Assembly (NCBI RefSeq): GCF_001457595.1
Contig: NZ_LN831039.1
Location: 570,001 to 602,000, forward strand
Direction of reading: 5' to 3'
Origin: Mycolicibacterium smegmatis
GTDB lineage: Bacteria > Actinomycetota > Actinomycetes > Mycobacteriales > Mycobacteriaceae
Length of the DNA stretch: 32,000 bases
Below, in pieces: positions 1 to 8,638 of the stretch (within the stretch, counting starts at the first letter, position 1; every line of letters begins with the position of its first letter). The notes under the pieces were generated by a model. It did no database searches, was not told where the DNA came from, and was given only the letters and a program-made list of their open reading frames with translations. Made by a program: the position numbers and the translations under genes.

Positions 1-1
1 G

Positions 2-616
2 ATCACCGTGCTGATGGCGATGGTGCTTCTGCGCGAACGCATCAGCGGACTGGCCGCTGTCGGCCTGATCGCCGCACTGGCCGCGATTGTGCTGTTCAGC
101 ATCACCGGCGGCGAATCGGACGTCTCCTCGGGCCCATGGCTGCCGCTGGCCGTCCTGATCTGCGTCGCGTGGGGTGTGCAGGCGTACTTCATGCGCAAGA
201 CCGCGACCATCGGCGTCAACGAGGCCACCACCTTCGGCTGGATGGCGATCACCGCCATCGCGCTCATCCCCGTCGCGGTCATCTCGATGGGCGGCATCCC
301 CACCGGATTCCCTTGGCAGGCACCGGTTCTCACCGCAGGCACCCAGGTGCTCAACGCGGTCGGCGCGTTGTTCCTGGTCATGGCACTCAGCCGCGGCAAG
401 GCCACCATCGTGGCGCCCACCACCAATGCGCTCGCACCCGCGCTGACCATCGTCGTGTCCCTCATCGCCTACCAGACGCTGCCGACCCCGTACGGTGCGG
501 TGGGCATCGTGCTGGCGCTGCTGGGCTCCACGCTGATGGTCTACAGCGACGAGAAGCGGGGTGAGGCACCGACCGCCGCGGTCACCGCACCAGAGGCCAC
601 GAGGAGCCGCGCGTGA
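2..616 (+). CDS. EamA/DMT-family permease, C-terminal part (5' end outside window)
   Basis: Reading frame is open to the left edge. Multiple hydrophobic helices and an EamA-like ending (ATIVAPTTNALAPALTIVVSLI...PYGAVGIVLALLGSTLMVYSDEK). Overlaps the downstream start as GTGA. Confidence 0.75.
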   Translation: MTVLMAMVLLRERISGLAAVGLIAALAAIVLFSITGGESDVSSGPWLPLAVLICVAWGVQAYFMRKTATIGVNEATTFGWMAITAIALIPVAVISMGGIPTGFPWQAPVLTAGTQVLNAVGALFLVMALSRGKATIVAPTTNALAPALTIVVSLIAYQTLPTPYGAVGIVLALLGSTLMVYSDEKRGEAPTAAVTAPEATRSRA

Positions 617-1926
617 AACCCACCGTTGCGATCATCGGCGCGGGTAGCGTCGAGTTCACCCGGGAACTGCTCGGCGACATCCTGTCGTTCCCCGAGCTCG
701 CCACCACACGGATCGTGTTGCACGACATCAACACCGAGCGTCTCGAGACAGCGGAAGCCATCGCACGGGCCACCGCCCGCGCGGCGGACGCCGACCCCGA
801 GATCAGCGCGACCACCGACCGCCGCCGCGCACTCGACGGCGCCGATTACGTCATCAACGTCATCCAGGTCGGTATGCACGAGGCCACCGTGCGGGACTTC
901 GAGATCCCCGCCCGATACGGCCTGAACCAGACCATCGGTGACACCATCGGCATCGGCGGAATCTTCCGCGGCCTGCGGACCTTCCCGGTGCTGGCCGGCA
1001 TCGCCAGGGACATGCAGGAGGTGTGCCCCGATGCCTGGCTGCTTAACTACACCAACCCGATGGCCATGAACGTCACGTACCTGCACCACATCGCACCGCG
1101 GCTGAAGGTGCTCGGCCTGTGCCACTCGGTGTACTGGACCATGGTCGGCCTGTGTGAACTGATCGACGTTCCCTACGAGGAGGTCTCGTACTGGTCCGCC
1201 GGCGTCAACCACCAGGCCTGGGTCCTGCGATGGGAACGCAACGGCCAGAACCTTTATCCGGAACTCGACCGGCGTATCGCGGCCGACGCAGAGTTGCAGC
1301 GCCGGGTACGTGTCGACATGTACCGGCGTCTCGGTTACTACCCGACGGAGACCAGCGAACACTCCAGTGAGTACGTGCCGTGGTACGTACACCACCGGCA
1401 GGAAATCGACCGGCTGCGCATCAACGTCGGCGAGTACGTGTCGATCAGCAAGGCCAACCTCGCCGAATACGCCAGGATCCGGGAGGAACTGGCCGATGCC
1501 GACTCGCTGCCCATCGACACCGGCTCCACCGAGTACGCCCCGCAGGTGATCCACTCGCTGGAAACCGGTACCACCAGGGTCATCTCGGCCAACGTCGCCA
1601 ACCAGGGGCTCATCACCAACCTTCCCGACGGCCTGGCGGTCGAGGTTCCGACGACACTCGATGCGCTCGGCGCGCATCCCATGCGGGTGGGGGATCTGCC
1701 GCCCCAATGCGCCGCGCTCAACCGCAACTTCCTCGGTCCCGTCGATCTGACCGTCCGCGCGGCGATCGACGGTGATCCTCGGCTGGTCCGTGCCGCGGCC
1801 ATGGTCGACCCCAACACCGCGGCCACGCTGACCGTCGACCAGATCTGGGACCTGTGCGACGAATTGACCTCCGCGCACGGGGATCTGCTGCCCGAACCGC
1901 TGCGATCCGCCGTCTGTAACCCCTGA
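613..1926 (+). CDS. Glycoside hydrolase family 4 alpha-galactosidase/alpha-glucosidase (MelA-like)
   Basis: 437 aa; N-terminal NAD-binding VAIIGAGSVEFTRELLGDI, then LLNYTNPMAMNVTYL and GLCHSV motifs typical of GH4; sits directly upstream of a sugar ABC transporter. Confidence 0.88.
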   Translation: MKPTVAIIGAGSVEFTRELLGDILSFPELATTRIVLHDINTERLETAEAIARATARAADADPEISATTDRRRALDGADYVINVIQVGMHEATVRDFEIPARYGLNQTIGDTIGIGGIFRGLRTFPVLAGIARDMQEVCPDAWLLNYTNPMAMNVTYLHHIAPRLKVLGLCHSVYWTMVGLCELIDVPYEEVSYWSAGVNHQAWVLRWERNGQNLYPELDRRIAADAELQRRVRVDMYRRLGYYPTETSEHSSEYVPWYVHHRQEIDRLRINVGEYVSISKANLAEYARIREELADADSLPIDTGSTEYAPQVIHSLETGTTRVISANVANQGLITNLPDGLAVEVPTTLDALGAHPMRVGDLPPQCAALNRNFLGPVDLTVRAAIDGDPRLVRAAAMVDPNTAATLTVDQIWDLCDELTSAHGDLLPEPLRSAVCNP

Positions 1927-1968
1927 CAACGACCCCTCATGAATCCCGCCGAAAAAGGAGTGCCTACC

Positions 1969-3246
1969 GTGATACGACGCTGGTTGTGCCTGGCCGTGGT
2001 CACCGCTGTTGCCTGTCTGCTGACGGCGTGCGGTGGTGGTTCGTCGTCATCGGGTCCGGTCGAGATCGCGGTGTGGCACGGCTACCAGGACACCGAGGGT
2101 GAGGCCTTCAAAGGGCTCATCGATCAGTACAACAAGGAACATCCCGACGTCCACGTGACCGATCTGTACTCCAGTAACGATCTGGTGCTGCAGAAGGTCC
2201 TGACCGCCGTGCGTGGCGGCAGTGCCCCGGACGTCGCGTACATGTTCGGCTCGTGGTCGCCGAACATCGCGAAGATCCCGCAGGTCGTGGACATGTCCGA
2301 CGTGGTGTCCCAATCGGATTGGAACTGGGACGACTTCTACCCCGCCGAGCGTGAGGCCGCGACCGTCGGCGACAAGATCGTCGGCATCCCGGCACTCGTC
2401 GACAACCTCGCGATCGTCTACAACAAGAAGCTGTTCGCCGATGCCGGTATCGCGCCGCCGACCGCAGACTGGACCTGGGACGACTTCCGCGCCGCGGCAG
2501 CAAAACTCACCGATCCGGCAAAAGGCCAGTACGGTTGGCTGATTCCCGCCGACGGTAGTGAGGACACGGTCTGGCACTACGTCCCGATGCTGTGGGAGGC
2601 CGGCGGCGACATCCTGACGCCGGACAACGAGAAGGCTGCGTTCAACTCCGAGGCCGGTGTCACCGCGCTCACGATGCTGCAGGACATGGCCGTGACCGAC
2701 AAGTCGCTCTACCTCGACACCACCAACGAGAACGGGCCCAAGCTGATGAACAGCGGCAAGGTGGGCATGCTCATCACCGGCCCGTGGGACCTGAGCCAGC
2801 TGTCCGACATCGACTACGGCGTGCAGGTGATGCCCACCTTCGCCGGATCGAGCGGTGCGCACCAGACCATCTCGGGTCCCGACAACTGGGTGGTGTTCGA
2901 CAACGGCGACAAACGCAAGCAGGCGTCGATCGACTTCGTGAAGTGGTTGACCGCACCCGAGCAGGTCAAGGCGTTCTCGCTGCAGACCGGTGACCTCCCG
3001 ACACGAAGCTCGGTCGGCGACGATCAGGCAGTCCGCGATCAACTCGATCAGAAGCTGCCCGGCAGCTCGGTGTTCGTCGAGAACCTGAACAACGCGAAGA
3101 AGGCGCGCCCGGCGGTCGAGCAGTATCCGGCGATCTCGGAGGCGTTGGGCCAGGCGATCGTGGCCGTCATGCTCGGCAAGGAACAGCCTGCCGCCGCGTT
3201 GAACTCGGCTGCCGAAGCCGCCGATTCGGCCCTGGCCGGCAAATAG
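1969..3246 (+). CDS. Carbohydrate ABC transporter extracellular solute-binding lipoprotein
   Basis: ORF 1939-3246. GTG at 1969 is preceded by AAAGGAG (1954-1960). Lipoprotein signal RRWLCLAVVTAVACLLTACGGG and family-1 SBP features (IAVWHGYQDTEGEAFKGLIDQYNKEHP, WWVVF-like GPDNWVVFDNG). Confidence 0.9.
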   Translation: MIRRWLCLAVVTAVACLLTACGGGSSSSGPVEIAVWHGYQDTEGEAFKGLIDQYNKEHPDVHVTDLYSSNDLVLQKVLTAVRGGSAPDVAYMFGSWSPNIAKIPQVVDMSDVVSQSDWNWDDFYPAEREAATVGDKIVGIPALVDNLAIVYNKKLFADAGIAPPTADWTWDDFRAAAAKLTDPAKGQYGWLIPADGSEDTVWHYVPMLWEAGGDILTPDNEKAAFNSEAGVTALTMLQDMAVTDKSLYLDTTNENGPKLMNSGKVGMLITGPWDLSQLSDIDYGVQVMPTFAGSSGAHQTISGPDNWVVFDNGDKRKQASIDFVKWLTAPEQVKAFSLQTGDLPTRSSVGDDQAVRDQLDQKLPGSSVFVENLNNAKKARPAVEQYPAISEALGQAIVAVMLGKEQPAAALNSAAEAADSALAGK

Positions 3247-3260
3247 ACCGGCGGGGTGAG

Positions 3261-4172
3261 ATGACCGGACACGTCGCTACGCGACATTCATGGCGTGACC
3301 GCCTCGGCCACTCCGAGCACGTGGCGGGCTGGACGCTGGTGAGCCCGGCCGTCGTGCTGATCGGCGTGTTCGGTCTGCTGCCGGTGCTGATGTCGCTGAC
3401 CCTGTCGTTTCAGCACTCCGATCTGCTGACGCCCGAGACTCCGTGGGTGGGGCTGGAGAACTACCGCAAGCTCGCCGACGATCCGGTGTTCGTCGACGCG
3501 ATCAAGCACACGATCATCTACACCGCGCTGTTCGTTCCGGGGACGATGATCGTCGGGTTGCTGGTGGCGGCCGCGTTGAACCGCTCGGTGCGGTTCATCT
3601 CGGTCTACCGGACGGCGGCCTACGTCACGATGGCGGTGTCGACGATCTCGCAGGGCATCATCTTCCTGTGGCTGACCGACCGTGACTACGGCCTGGTCAA
3701 CGCGGCACTGAACACCGTCGGCATATCCTCGCAACCGTTTCTGGCGTCACCGTCACAGGCGCTGTACGTGATCGTCGCCATGACGATCTGGGGATGGACC
3801 GGCTTCTCGGTCATCGTGTATCTCGCTGCGTTGCAGGGCGTTCCCGCCGAACTGCACGAGGCCGCAGCCATCGACGGCGCGTCGGCGTTCACCCGCTTCC
3901 GCACCATCACGGTGCCGTTGCTCGGACCCGCGAACATCTTCCTGGTGGTGTGGCTGACCATCAATGCGCTGCAGTTGTTCGACGAGGTCTACGCCACCAC
4001 GCGCGGCGGGCCGCTGCGCGCCACCACCGTCATCGTGTACTACCTGTGGGACCGTGCGTTCGTGCAGTTCGACGCCGGTTACGCCGCGGCCATGGCCTAC
4101 GTGCTGTTCGTGGTCATCCTCGTGATCACCGCTGTCCAGTTCCGTCTCGCACGGAGGTACGTGCACACATGA
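3261..4172 (+). CDS. Sugar ABC transporter permease (MalF/UgpA-like)
   Basis: 303 aa with membrane helices and the EAA loop AALQGVPAELHEAAAIDGASAFTRFRTITVPLL. Confidence 0.92.
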   Translation: MTGHVATRHSWRDRLGHSEHVAGWTLVSPAVVLIGVFGLLPVLMSLTLSFQHSDLLTPETPWVGLENYRKLADDPVFVDAIKHTIIYTALFVPGTMIVGLLVAAALNRSVRFISVYRTAAYVTMAVSTISQGIIFLWLTDRDYGLVNAALNTVGISSQPFLASPSQALYVIVAMTIWGWTGFSVIVYLAALQGVPAELHEAAAIDGASAFTRFRTITVPLLGPANIFLVVWLTINALQLFDEVYATTRGGPLRATTVIVYYLWDRAFVQFDAGYAAAMAYVLFVVILVITAVQFRLARRYVHT

Positions 4173-5095
4173 CCACGACGCCGCACATCACCGCGCCGGT
4201 CGCGGAATCCACCGAACCCACGGTCGTGGAGGATTTTTCACCGCGGCGCCGTACGCGCCTGCGTCTTCCGTTCAGCCCTTGGCATCTGGTCCTCATCCCC
4301 GTCACGTTCCTGCTGATCCTGCCGCTGCTGTGGATGCTGGTCACCTCGCTGCAGACCGAAGGCGAGGCCAACCGGTTCCCGCCCGTGCTGCTGCCGGAGA
4401 GCCCCCGTTTCGAGAACTACACCGAAGCCTGGGCGACAGCGCCGTTCGGGCACTTCTTCCTCAACAGCTTCGCGGTGACCGGTGTCGTCCTGGTGAGCAA
4501 CCTCGTCGTCTGCAGCCTGGCGGGTTATGCGTTCGCGCGGATCCGGTTCCTGGGCCGCGGAGCGCTTTTCATCACGCTGATGGCCACGTTGATGGTGCCG
4601 TTCCAGGTGACGATGATCCCGGTGTTCCTGATCGTCAAATGGTTCGGCGACAACGTGTGGGAAGGCCTGGGAATCAACCACATCGGTGCGCTGATGCTGC
4701 CGAACCTGGCAACCGCGTTCGGCATCTTCTTCCTGCGACAGTTCTTCCTGACCGTGCCCGTCGAACTCGAAGACGCCGCACGGGTGGACGGAACATCGCG
4801 ACTGGGTGTGCTGTTCAAGATCATCCTGCCGTTGTCACTGCCGGCCCTGTCGACGCTGGCGGCGCTGACCGTGCTCACGTCGTGGAATGACTTCCTGTGG
4901 CCGCTGATCGTGATCACGTCGCAGGACCAGATGACGGTCCCGTTGGGGCTGAGCTACTTCCAGGGCGCGCACCGCGTCAAGTGGCCGTTGCTGATGGCGG
5001 CGAACGTCATGAGCCTGTTGCCGATGCTGCTGGTGTTCATCGGGGCCCAGCGGTACTTCGTGCAGTCCGTGGCCAGCACAGGCCTCAAGGGCTGA
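4169..5095 (+). CDS. Sugar ABC transporter permease (MalG/UgpE-like)
   Basis: In the 3794-5095 frame; ATG at 4169 overlaps the upstream stop as ATGA. EAA-type loop FFLTVPVELEDAARVDGTSRLGVLFKIILPLSLPAL. Confidence 0.9.
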   Translation: MTTTPHITAPVAESTEPTVVEDFSPRRRTRLRLPFSPWHLVLIPVTFLLILPLLWMLVTSLQTEGEANRFPPVLLPESPRFENYTEAWATAPFGHFFLNSFAVTGVVLVSNLVVCSLAGYAFARIRFLGRGALFITLMATLMVPFQVTMIPVFLIVKWFGDNVWEGLGINHIGALMLPNLATAFGIFFLRQFFLTVPVELEDAARVDGTSRLGVLFKIILPLSLPALSTLAALTVLTSWNDFLWPLIVITSQDQMTVPLGLSYFQGAHRVKWPLLMAANVMSLLPMLLVFIGAQRYFVQSVASTGLKG

Positions 5096-5136
5096 AAGGG
5101 ACGGGTCTCGATGCGAACGAAAAGAGGAGTGAAGCG

Positions 5137-6243
5137 TTGGCAGAGGTAGAGTTTCGTGATGTCACACGCAGCTATCCCGGTGGGGTTCAGGCGCTCAAGG
5201 GACTTGATCTCACGGTGGCCGACGGCGAGTTCCTGATCCTGGTCGGGCCTTCCGGCTGCGGCAAGAGCACGGCGCTGCGAATGCTGGCGGGCCTCGACAA
5301 ACCGACAGCGGGCGAGATCCGGATCGGCGGTGCCGTCGTCAACCATCTGTCACCCGGGCAGCGTGACATCGCGATGGTGTTCCAGAACTACGCGCTGTAC
5401 CCACACATGTCGGTGTACCGCAACCTGGCCTATGGGCTGCGCCAAAGGCGCACTCCACGCGCCGAAATCGACCGGCGCGTGCGGGAAACGGCCGAACTGC
5501 TGCAGATCACCGAGTTCCTCGACCGCAAGCCCGGGCAACTGTCCGGCGGACAACGTCAACGTGTCGCCATGGGACGCGCGTTGGTGCGCGAACCGCAGGC
5601 ATTCCTGCTCGACGAACCCCTGTCGAACCTCGACGCCAAACTGCGCAACCAGGTTCGCGGCGATCTCAAGCGTTTGCACCGAGAGGTTCCGGTCACGTCG
5701 ATCTACGTCACCCACGACCAGGTCGAAGCCATGACGCTGGGGGACCGGTTGTGCGTGATGTCGCAGGGCGAGGTGCAGCAGATCGGCACCACCGACGACA
5801 TCTACAACCGGCCCGCCAACACGTTCGTCGCGGCGTTCATGGGCAGTCCGCCCATGAACCTGATGCCGGGCATCGTGCGGCAGGGTGTGCTGCACGTCGG
5901 CGGGGAATCGGTCACGCCGGTGTCGTGTCCGGAAGGCCCGGTGACCGTGGGTGCCCGACCGGAGCACCTCGAACTGAGCCCGGTCTGGGGCGATGGCATG
6001 GTGCCGGCACGTGTCGATTTCGTGGAGCCACTCGGCAGCCACAGTCTGGTGACCGCGCTGTTGGGGGACGATCCCGCGAGTACGACGCGAGTGATCGTGC
6101 AGGCGCCCGCGGACACCGACCTACCGTCGGGCACGCGCATCGGCCTGACACTGCCGCCGCAGCGGACGTATTTCTTCGATGCCGAGAGCGGAGATGCGCT
6201 GACCGCCGCGAGTATGGGGCGTGAGCGCATATCTCTCGCATGA
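5137..6243 (+). CDS. ABC transporter ATP-binding protein (MalK/UgpC/MsmK family)
   Basis: Walker [10 protein letters not shown], signature LSGGQRQR, Walker [18 protein letters not shown]-loop VTHDQVEA, C-terminal TOBE-like region. Best start is TTG 5137 ([14 protein letters not shown]) behind AAAAGAGGAG. Confidence 0.9.
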   Translation: MAEVEFRDVTRSYPGGVQALKGLDLTVADGEFLILVGPSGCGKSTALRMLAGLDKPTAGEIRIGGAVVNHLSPGQRDIAMVFQNYALYPHMSVYRNLAYGLRQRRTPRAEIDRRVRETAELLQITEFLDRKPGQLSGGQRQRVAMGRALVREPQAFLLDEPLSNLDAKLRNQVRGDLKRLHREVPVTSIYVTHDQVEAMTLGDRLCVMSQGEVQQIGTTDDIYNRPANTFVAAFMGSPPMNLMPGIVRQGVLHVGGESVTPVSCPEGPVTVGARPEHLELSPVWGDGMVPARVDFVEPLGSHSLVTALLGDDPASTTRVIVQAPADTDLPSGTRIGLTLPPQRTYFFDAESGDALTAASMGRERISLA

Positions 6244-6262
6244 CGCCCTCTCGCATGACGCC
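6233..6262. repeat. Perfect 15-bp tandem duplication CTCTCGCATGACGCC x2 across the ATPase stop codon
   Basis: Read directly: 6233-6247 and 6248-6262 are identical and adjacent. Confidence 0.95.
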
Positions 6263-6336
6263 GCGGCGGAAAGGATCGGTTGAATCCGCGTTCGACCGCG
6301 TGTAGGCAGGCAGGTAGATCGAGGATCGGAGTGATC

Positions 6337-6447
6337 ATGGACCCGAATCCGGACTACGACGCCAGCGACGAGATCGAGTACTTCTTCAACTGGTTGCCGT
6401 GGGCGTTGCGGGGTGTGTACCCGCCGCCCGCATATCCGCCGGTATAG
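6337..6447 (+). CDS. Candidate 36-aa small protein MDPNPDYDASDEIEYFFNWLPWALRGVYPPPAYPPV
   Basis: ATG-initiated ORF with GGAG 5 nt upstream (6328-6331), in the intergenic region between the ABC ATPase and mspB; below the ORF-track length cutoff. Confidence 0.5.
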   Translation: MDPNPDYDASDEIEYFFNWLPWALRGVYPPPAYPPV

Positions 6448-6610
6448 GCTGCTGACCAGCGGAATCAGCTCGTGGGAGCCCTCCATATCTAAGAGCACCA
6501 TAAGATCCCACTAATCGCTCTCCCATCAGCGGCAACAAACGTCACACTGACATCACAAAAATGTTCGGTGGACCGCGGGGGGCCGCCGGCGAGAGACCGG
6601 AGGGGACAAC

Positions 6611-7258
6611 ATGACGGCATTCAAGCGGGTGCTGATCGCGATGATTTCCGCGTTGCTCGCAGGCACCACGGGAATGTTCGTGAGTGCGGGCGCGGCGCAC
6701 GCAGGGCTCGACAACGAATTGAGCCTCGTCGACGGTCAGGATCGAACTCTGACCGTGCAGCAGTGGGACACGTTCCTCAATGGTGTGTTCCCCCTGGACC
6801 GCAACCGTCTGACCCGTGAGTGGTTCCACTCCGGTCGCGCCAAGTACATCGTGGCCGGCCCGGGCGCCGACGAGTTCGAGGGCACGCTGGAACTCGGCTA
6901 CCAGATCGGCTTCCCGTGGTCGCTGGGTGTGGGCATCAACTTCAGCTACACCACCCCCAACATCCTGATCGACGACGGTGACATCACCGCTCCGCCGTTC
7001 GGCCTGAACTCGGTCATCACCCCGAACCTGTTCCCCGGTGTGTCGATCTCGGCCGACCTGGGCAACGGCCCCGGCATCCAGGAAGTCGCGACCTTCTCGG
7101 TCGACGTCTCGGGTCCTGCTGGCGGAGTGGCGGTGTCCAACGCGCACGGCACCGTGACCGGTGCGGCCGGCGGTGTGCTGCTGCGTCCGTTCGCCCGCCT
7201 GATCGCCTCGACCGGTGACTCGGTCACCACCTACGGCGAGCCTTGGAATATGAACTAG
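6611..7258 (+). CDS. mspB: MspB, MspA-family octameric outer-membrane porin
   Basis: Signal peptide ending AGAAHA, mature GLDNELSLVDGQDRTLTVQQWDTFLNGVFPLDRNRLTREWFHSG...; carries SGPAGG where MspA has SGAEGG (recalled A138P/E139A difference). RBS GGAGGGG before the ATG. Confidence 0.96.
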   Translation: MTAFKRVLIAMISALLAGTTGMFVSAGAAHAGLDNELSLVDGQDRTLTVQQWDTFLNGVFPLDRNRLTREWFHSGRAKYIVAGPGADEFEGTLELGYQIGFPWSLGVGINFSYTTPNILIDDGDITAPPFGLNSVITPNLFPGVSISADLGNGPGIQEVATFSVDVSGPAGGVAVSNAHGTVTGAAGGVLLRPFARLIASTGDSVTTYGEPWNMN

Positions 7259-7269
7259 CACAGCGAGGA

Positions 7270-8340
7270 TCAGTTCGCGGCCAGTGCGCGGGCGTGGCGT
7301 TCCTGCTCACGCTTGCCGTATGTGGCGTTGCGAACCGCGTAATCGCTTTCGAAGCTGGAACCGAGCGCCCCGGCGAACGTGCCCAGTGAACTGGACAGCC
7401 ACGCCAGTTCTGCATAGTCGTGCCATGCGACGGCGTGGTGCAGCGTGGCTTCCAGGTACGCCGGTGGAATCACCGTCAGCGCACCGACGAAAACCAGACC
7501 GAACAACACGATGTACATCGATCCGATGCCGACTGCGAGAGTCAGGACCGTTGCGCTGTTGTACAGCAGGGCATTTCGCCGTTGATCGAGATCACGCGGA
7601 CGCTCCCACAGGCGGTTGTAGCTCATCAGCCACACCATCATCGCCAGAATTGCGCCGACGCTGACCGCGGCCAGCCTTGTGGTGCTCATCGCGTCGGCCA
7701 TGTTCCAGATACTCGAATAGAAGATGCCGAACGCCGCGGCGGCGGCGCCGGCTGCGATCGCACTCGACAGGCTCGGCAGCAGGCGCCAAGGCCGGTTGAC
7801 CCGCACCATGCCGAGCAGCAGACGAGACCGGCCGCGCATCCGGGTGAGCGCGGTGAGCGCATTCGTTCCGTCGGGACCGTCGGTCACCTCCCGCCGTGTG
7901 GGCGAGCCCGCAACGCGTGCGGCTGCCGCGTCCGCCAGAGATCTGGACGGTGACGCCGGCGCAGTCAGTTCGCTGACGACATGGACGATCACCCGTTCGA
8001 CATGGTGTCGAAGACGAATCGGCCCCAGCGCGGGCAGTGAGATCAAAGCCGCCCCAGCTGTGATGTCGGCATCGCAGACCATCAGCGTCCGGTCCAGGCG
8101 CCTTGCCAGCTCCGTCACGCAGACGACGAGGTCCCATCCGTTACGTGACTTCATCGCGGAGCTGTGGCCCGCGATGTCGATGGTGCCGTCATCTTCCAAC
8201 GGCAGGGCGTAGCTGCACAGCGACAGTTTCCAGTCGACGTCCTCGCTCACCTCGCGGGTGAGCGTGTCGGGTAGTCCGGCGATCAGAGGTTCGACCAACT
8301 TGGTCGAGAGCCCCGGGTCGGTGACCACGCCGATGTACAT
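7270..8340 (-). CDS. Conserved actinobacterial membrane protein of unknown function
   Basis: 356 aa; about 200-aa soluble N-terminus (MYIGVVTDPGLSTKLVEPLIAGLP...) then several hydrophobic helices (SAIAAGAAAAAFGIFY, ATVLTLAVGIGSMYIVLFGLVFVGAL). Confidence 0.7.
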   Translation of the reverse strand: MYIGVVTDPGLSTKLVEPLIAGLPDTLTREVSEDVDWKLSLCSYALPLEDDGTIDIAGHSSAMKSRNGWDLVVCVTELARRLDRTLMVCDADITAGAALISLPALGPIRLRHHVERVIVHVVSELTAPASPSRSLADAAAARVAGSPTRREVTDGPDGTNALTALTRMRGRSRLLLGMVRVNRPWRLLPSLSSAIAAGAAAAAFGIFYSSIWNMADAMSTTRLAAVSVGAILAMMVWLMSYNRLWERPRDLDQRRNALLYNSATVLTLAVGIGSMYIVLFGLVFVGALTVIPPAYLEATLHHAVAWHDYAELAWLSSSLGTFAGALGSSFESDYAVRNATYGKREQERHARALAAN

Positions 8341-8450
8341 GTCGTGGCTCTACCCGGGTGCCGAACGGGCGAAACGGCCGGCAGGTCCGCGTTTCCCCAG
8401 CGGGACACCGGGTAGGCCATCATCGAGCCCGAGCGACAGGTGGTGCAGAT

Positions 8451-8603
8451 ATGGACCCGAAGCACAACGACGATCAAGGTGACCGGCCCGGTGACACCGG
8501 GTACGACCCGGATGCCGATCCGGAGATGATGCAGCAACAGGCACATCCTCAACCGAACCAGGCCGAAGGTGCCGACGACCCCGCCGAGACAGGAGAGGGC
8601 TGA
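8451..8603 (+). CDS. Candidate 50-aa acidic, hydrophilic small protein
   Basis: In the 8358-8603 frame: MDPKHNDDQGDRPGDTGYDPDADPEMMQQQAHPQPNQAEGADDPAETGEG. Low-complexity and Asp/Gln/Pro-rich, with no convincing RBS. Confidence 0.35.
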   Translation: MDPKHNDDQGDRPGDTGYDPDADPEMMQQQAHPQPNQAEGADDPAETGEG

Positions 8604-8638
8604 GGCCCGTCTCAAGCTGCAACGACGTGAGTGAGCGC

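Noticed and set aside
541-1929. 462-aa minus-strand ORF
   Set aside because: Complete shadow of the GH4 gene; GC-rich mirror composition with no domain, while the plus-strand frame has clear GH4 motifs.
5350-6042. 230-aa minus-strand ORF opposite the ABC ATPase
   Set aside because: Shadow ORF; the opposing frame has all ABC motifs.
6542-7261. 239-aa minus-strand ORF over mspB
   Set aside because: Antisense frame of mspB, with Arg/Gly/Val-rich noise. Antisense transcription is possible, but no protein is supported.
7549-7565. GTACAGC half-site (also one near 21534) resembling the 10542/12231 operators
   Set aside because: Single half-sites inside coding sequence with no symmetrical partner; expected by chance.
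8283-8615. 110-aa hydrophobic minus-strand ORF
   Set aside because: Appears to be an antisense artefact between genes and overlaps the start of the 7270-8340 gene in another frame; no RBS.
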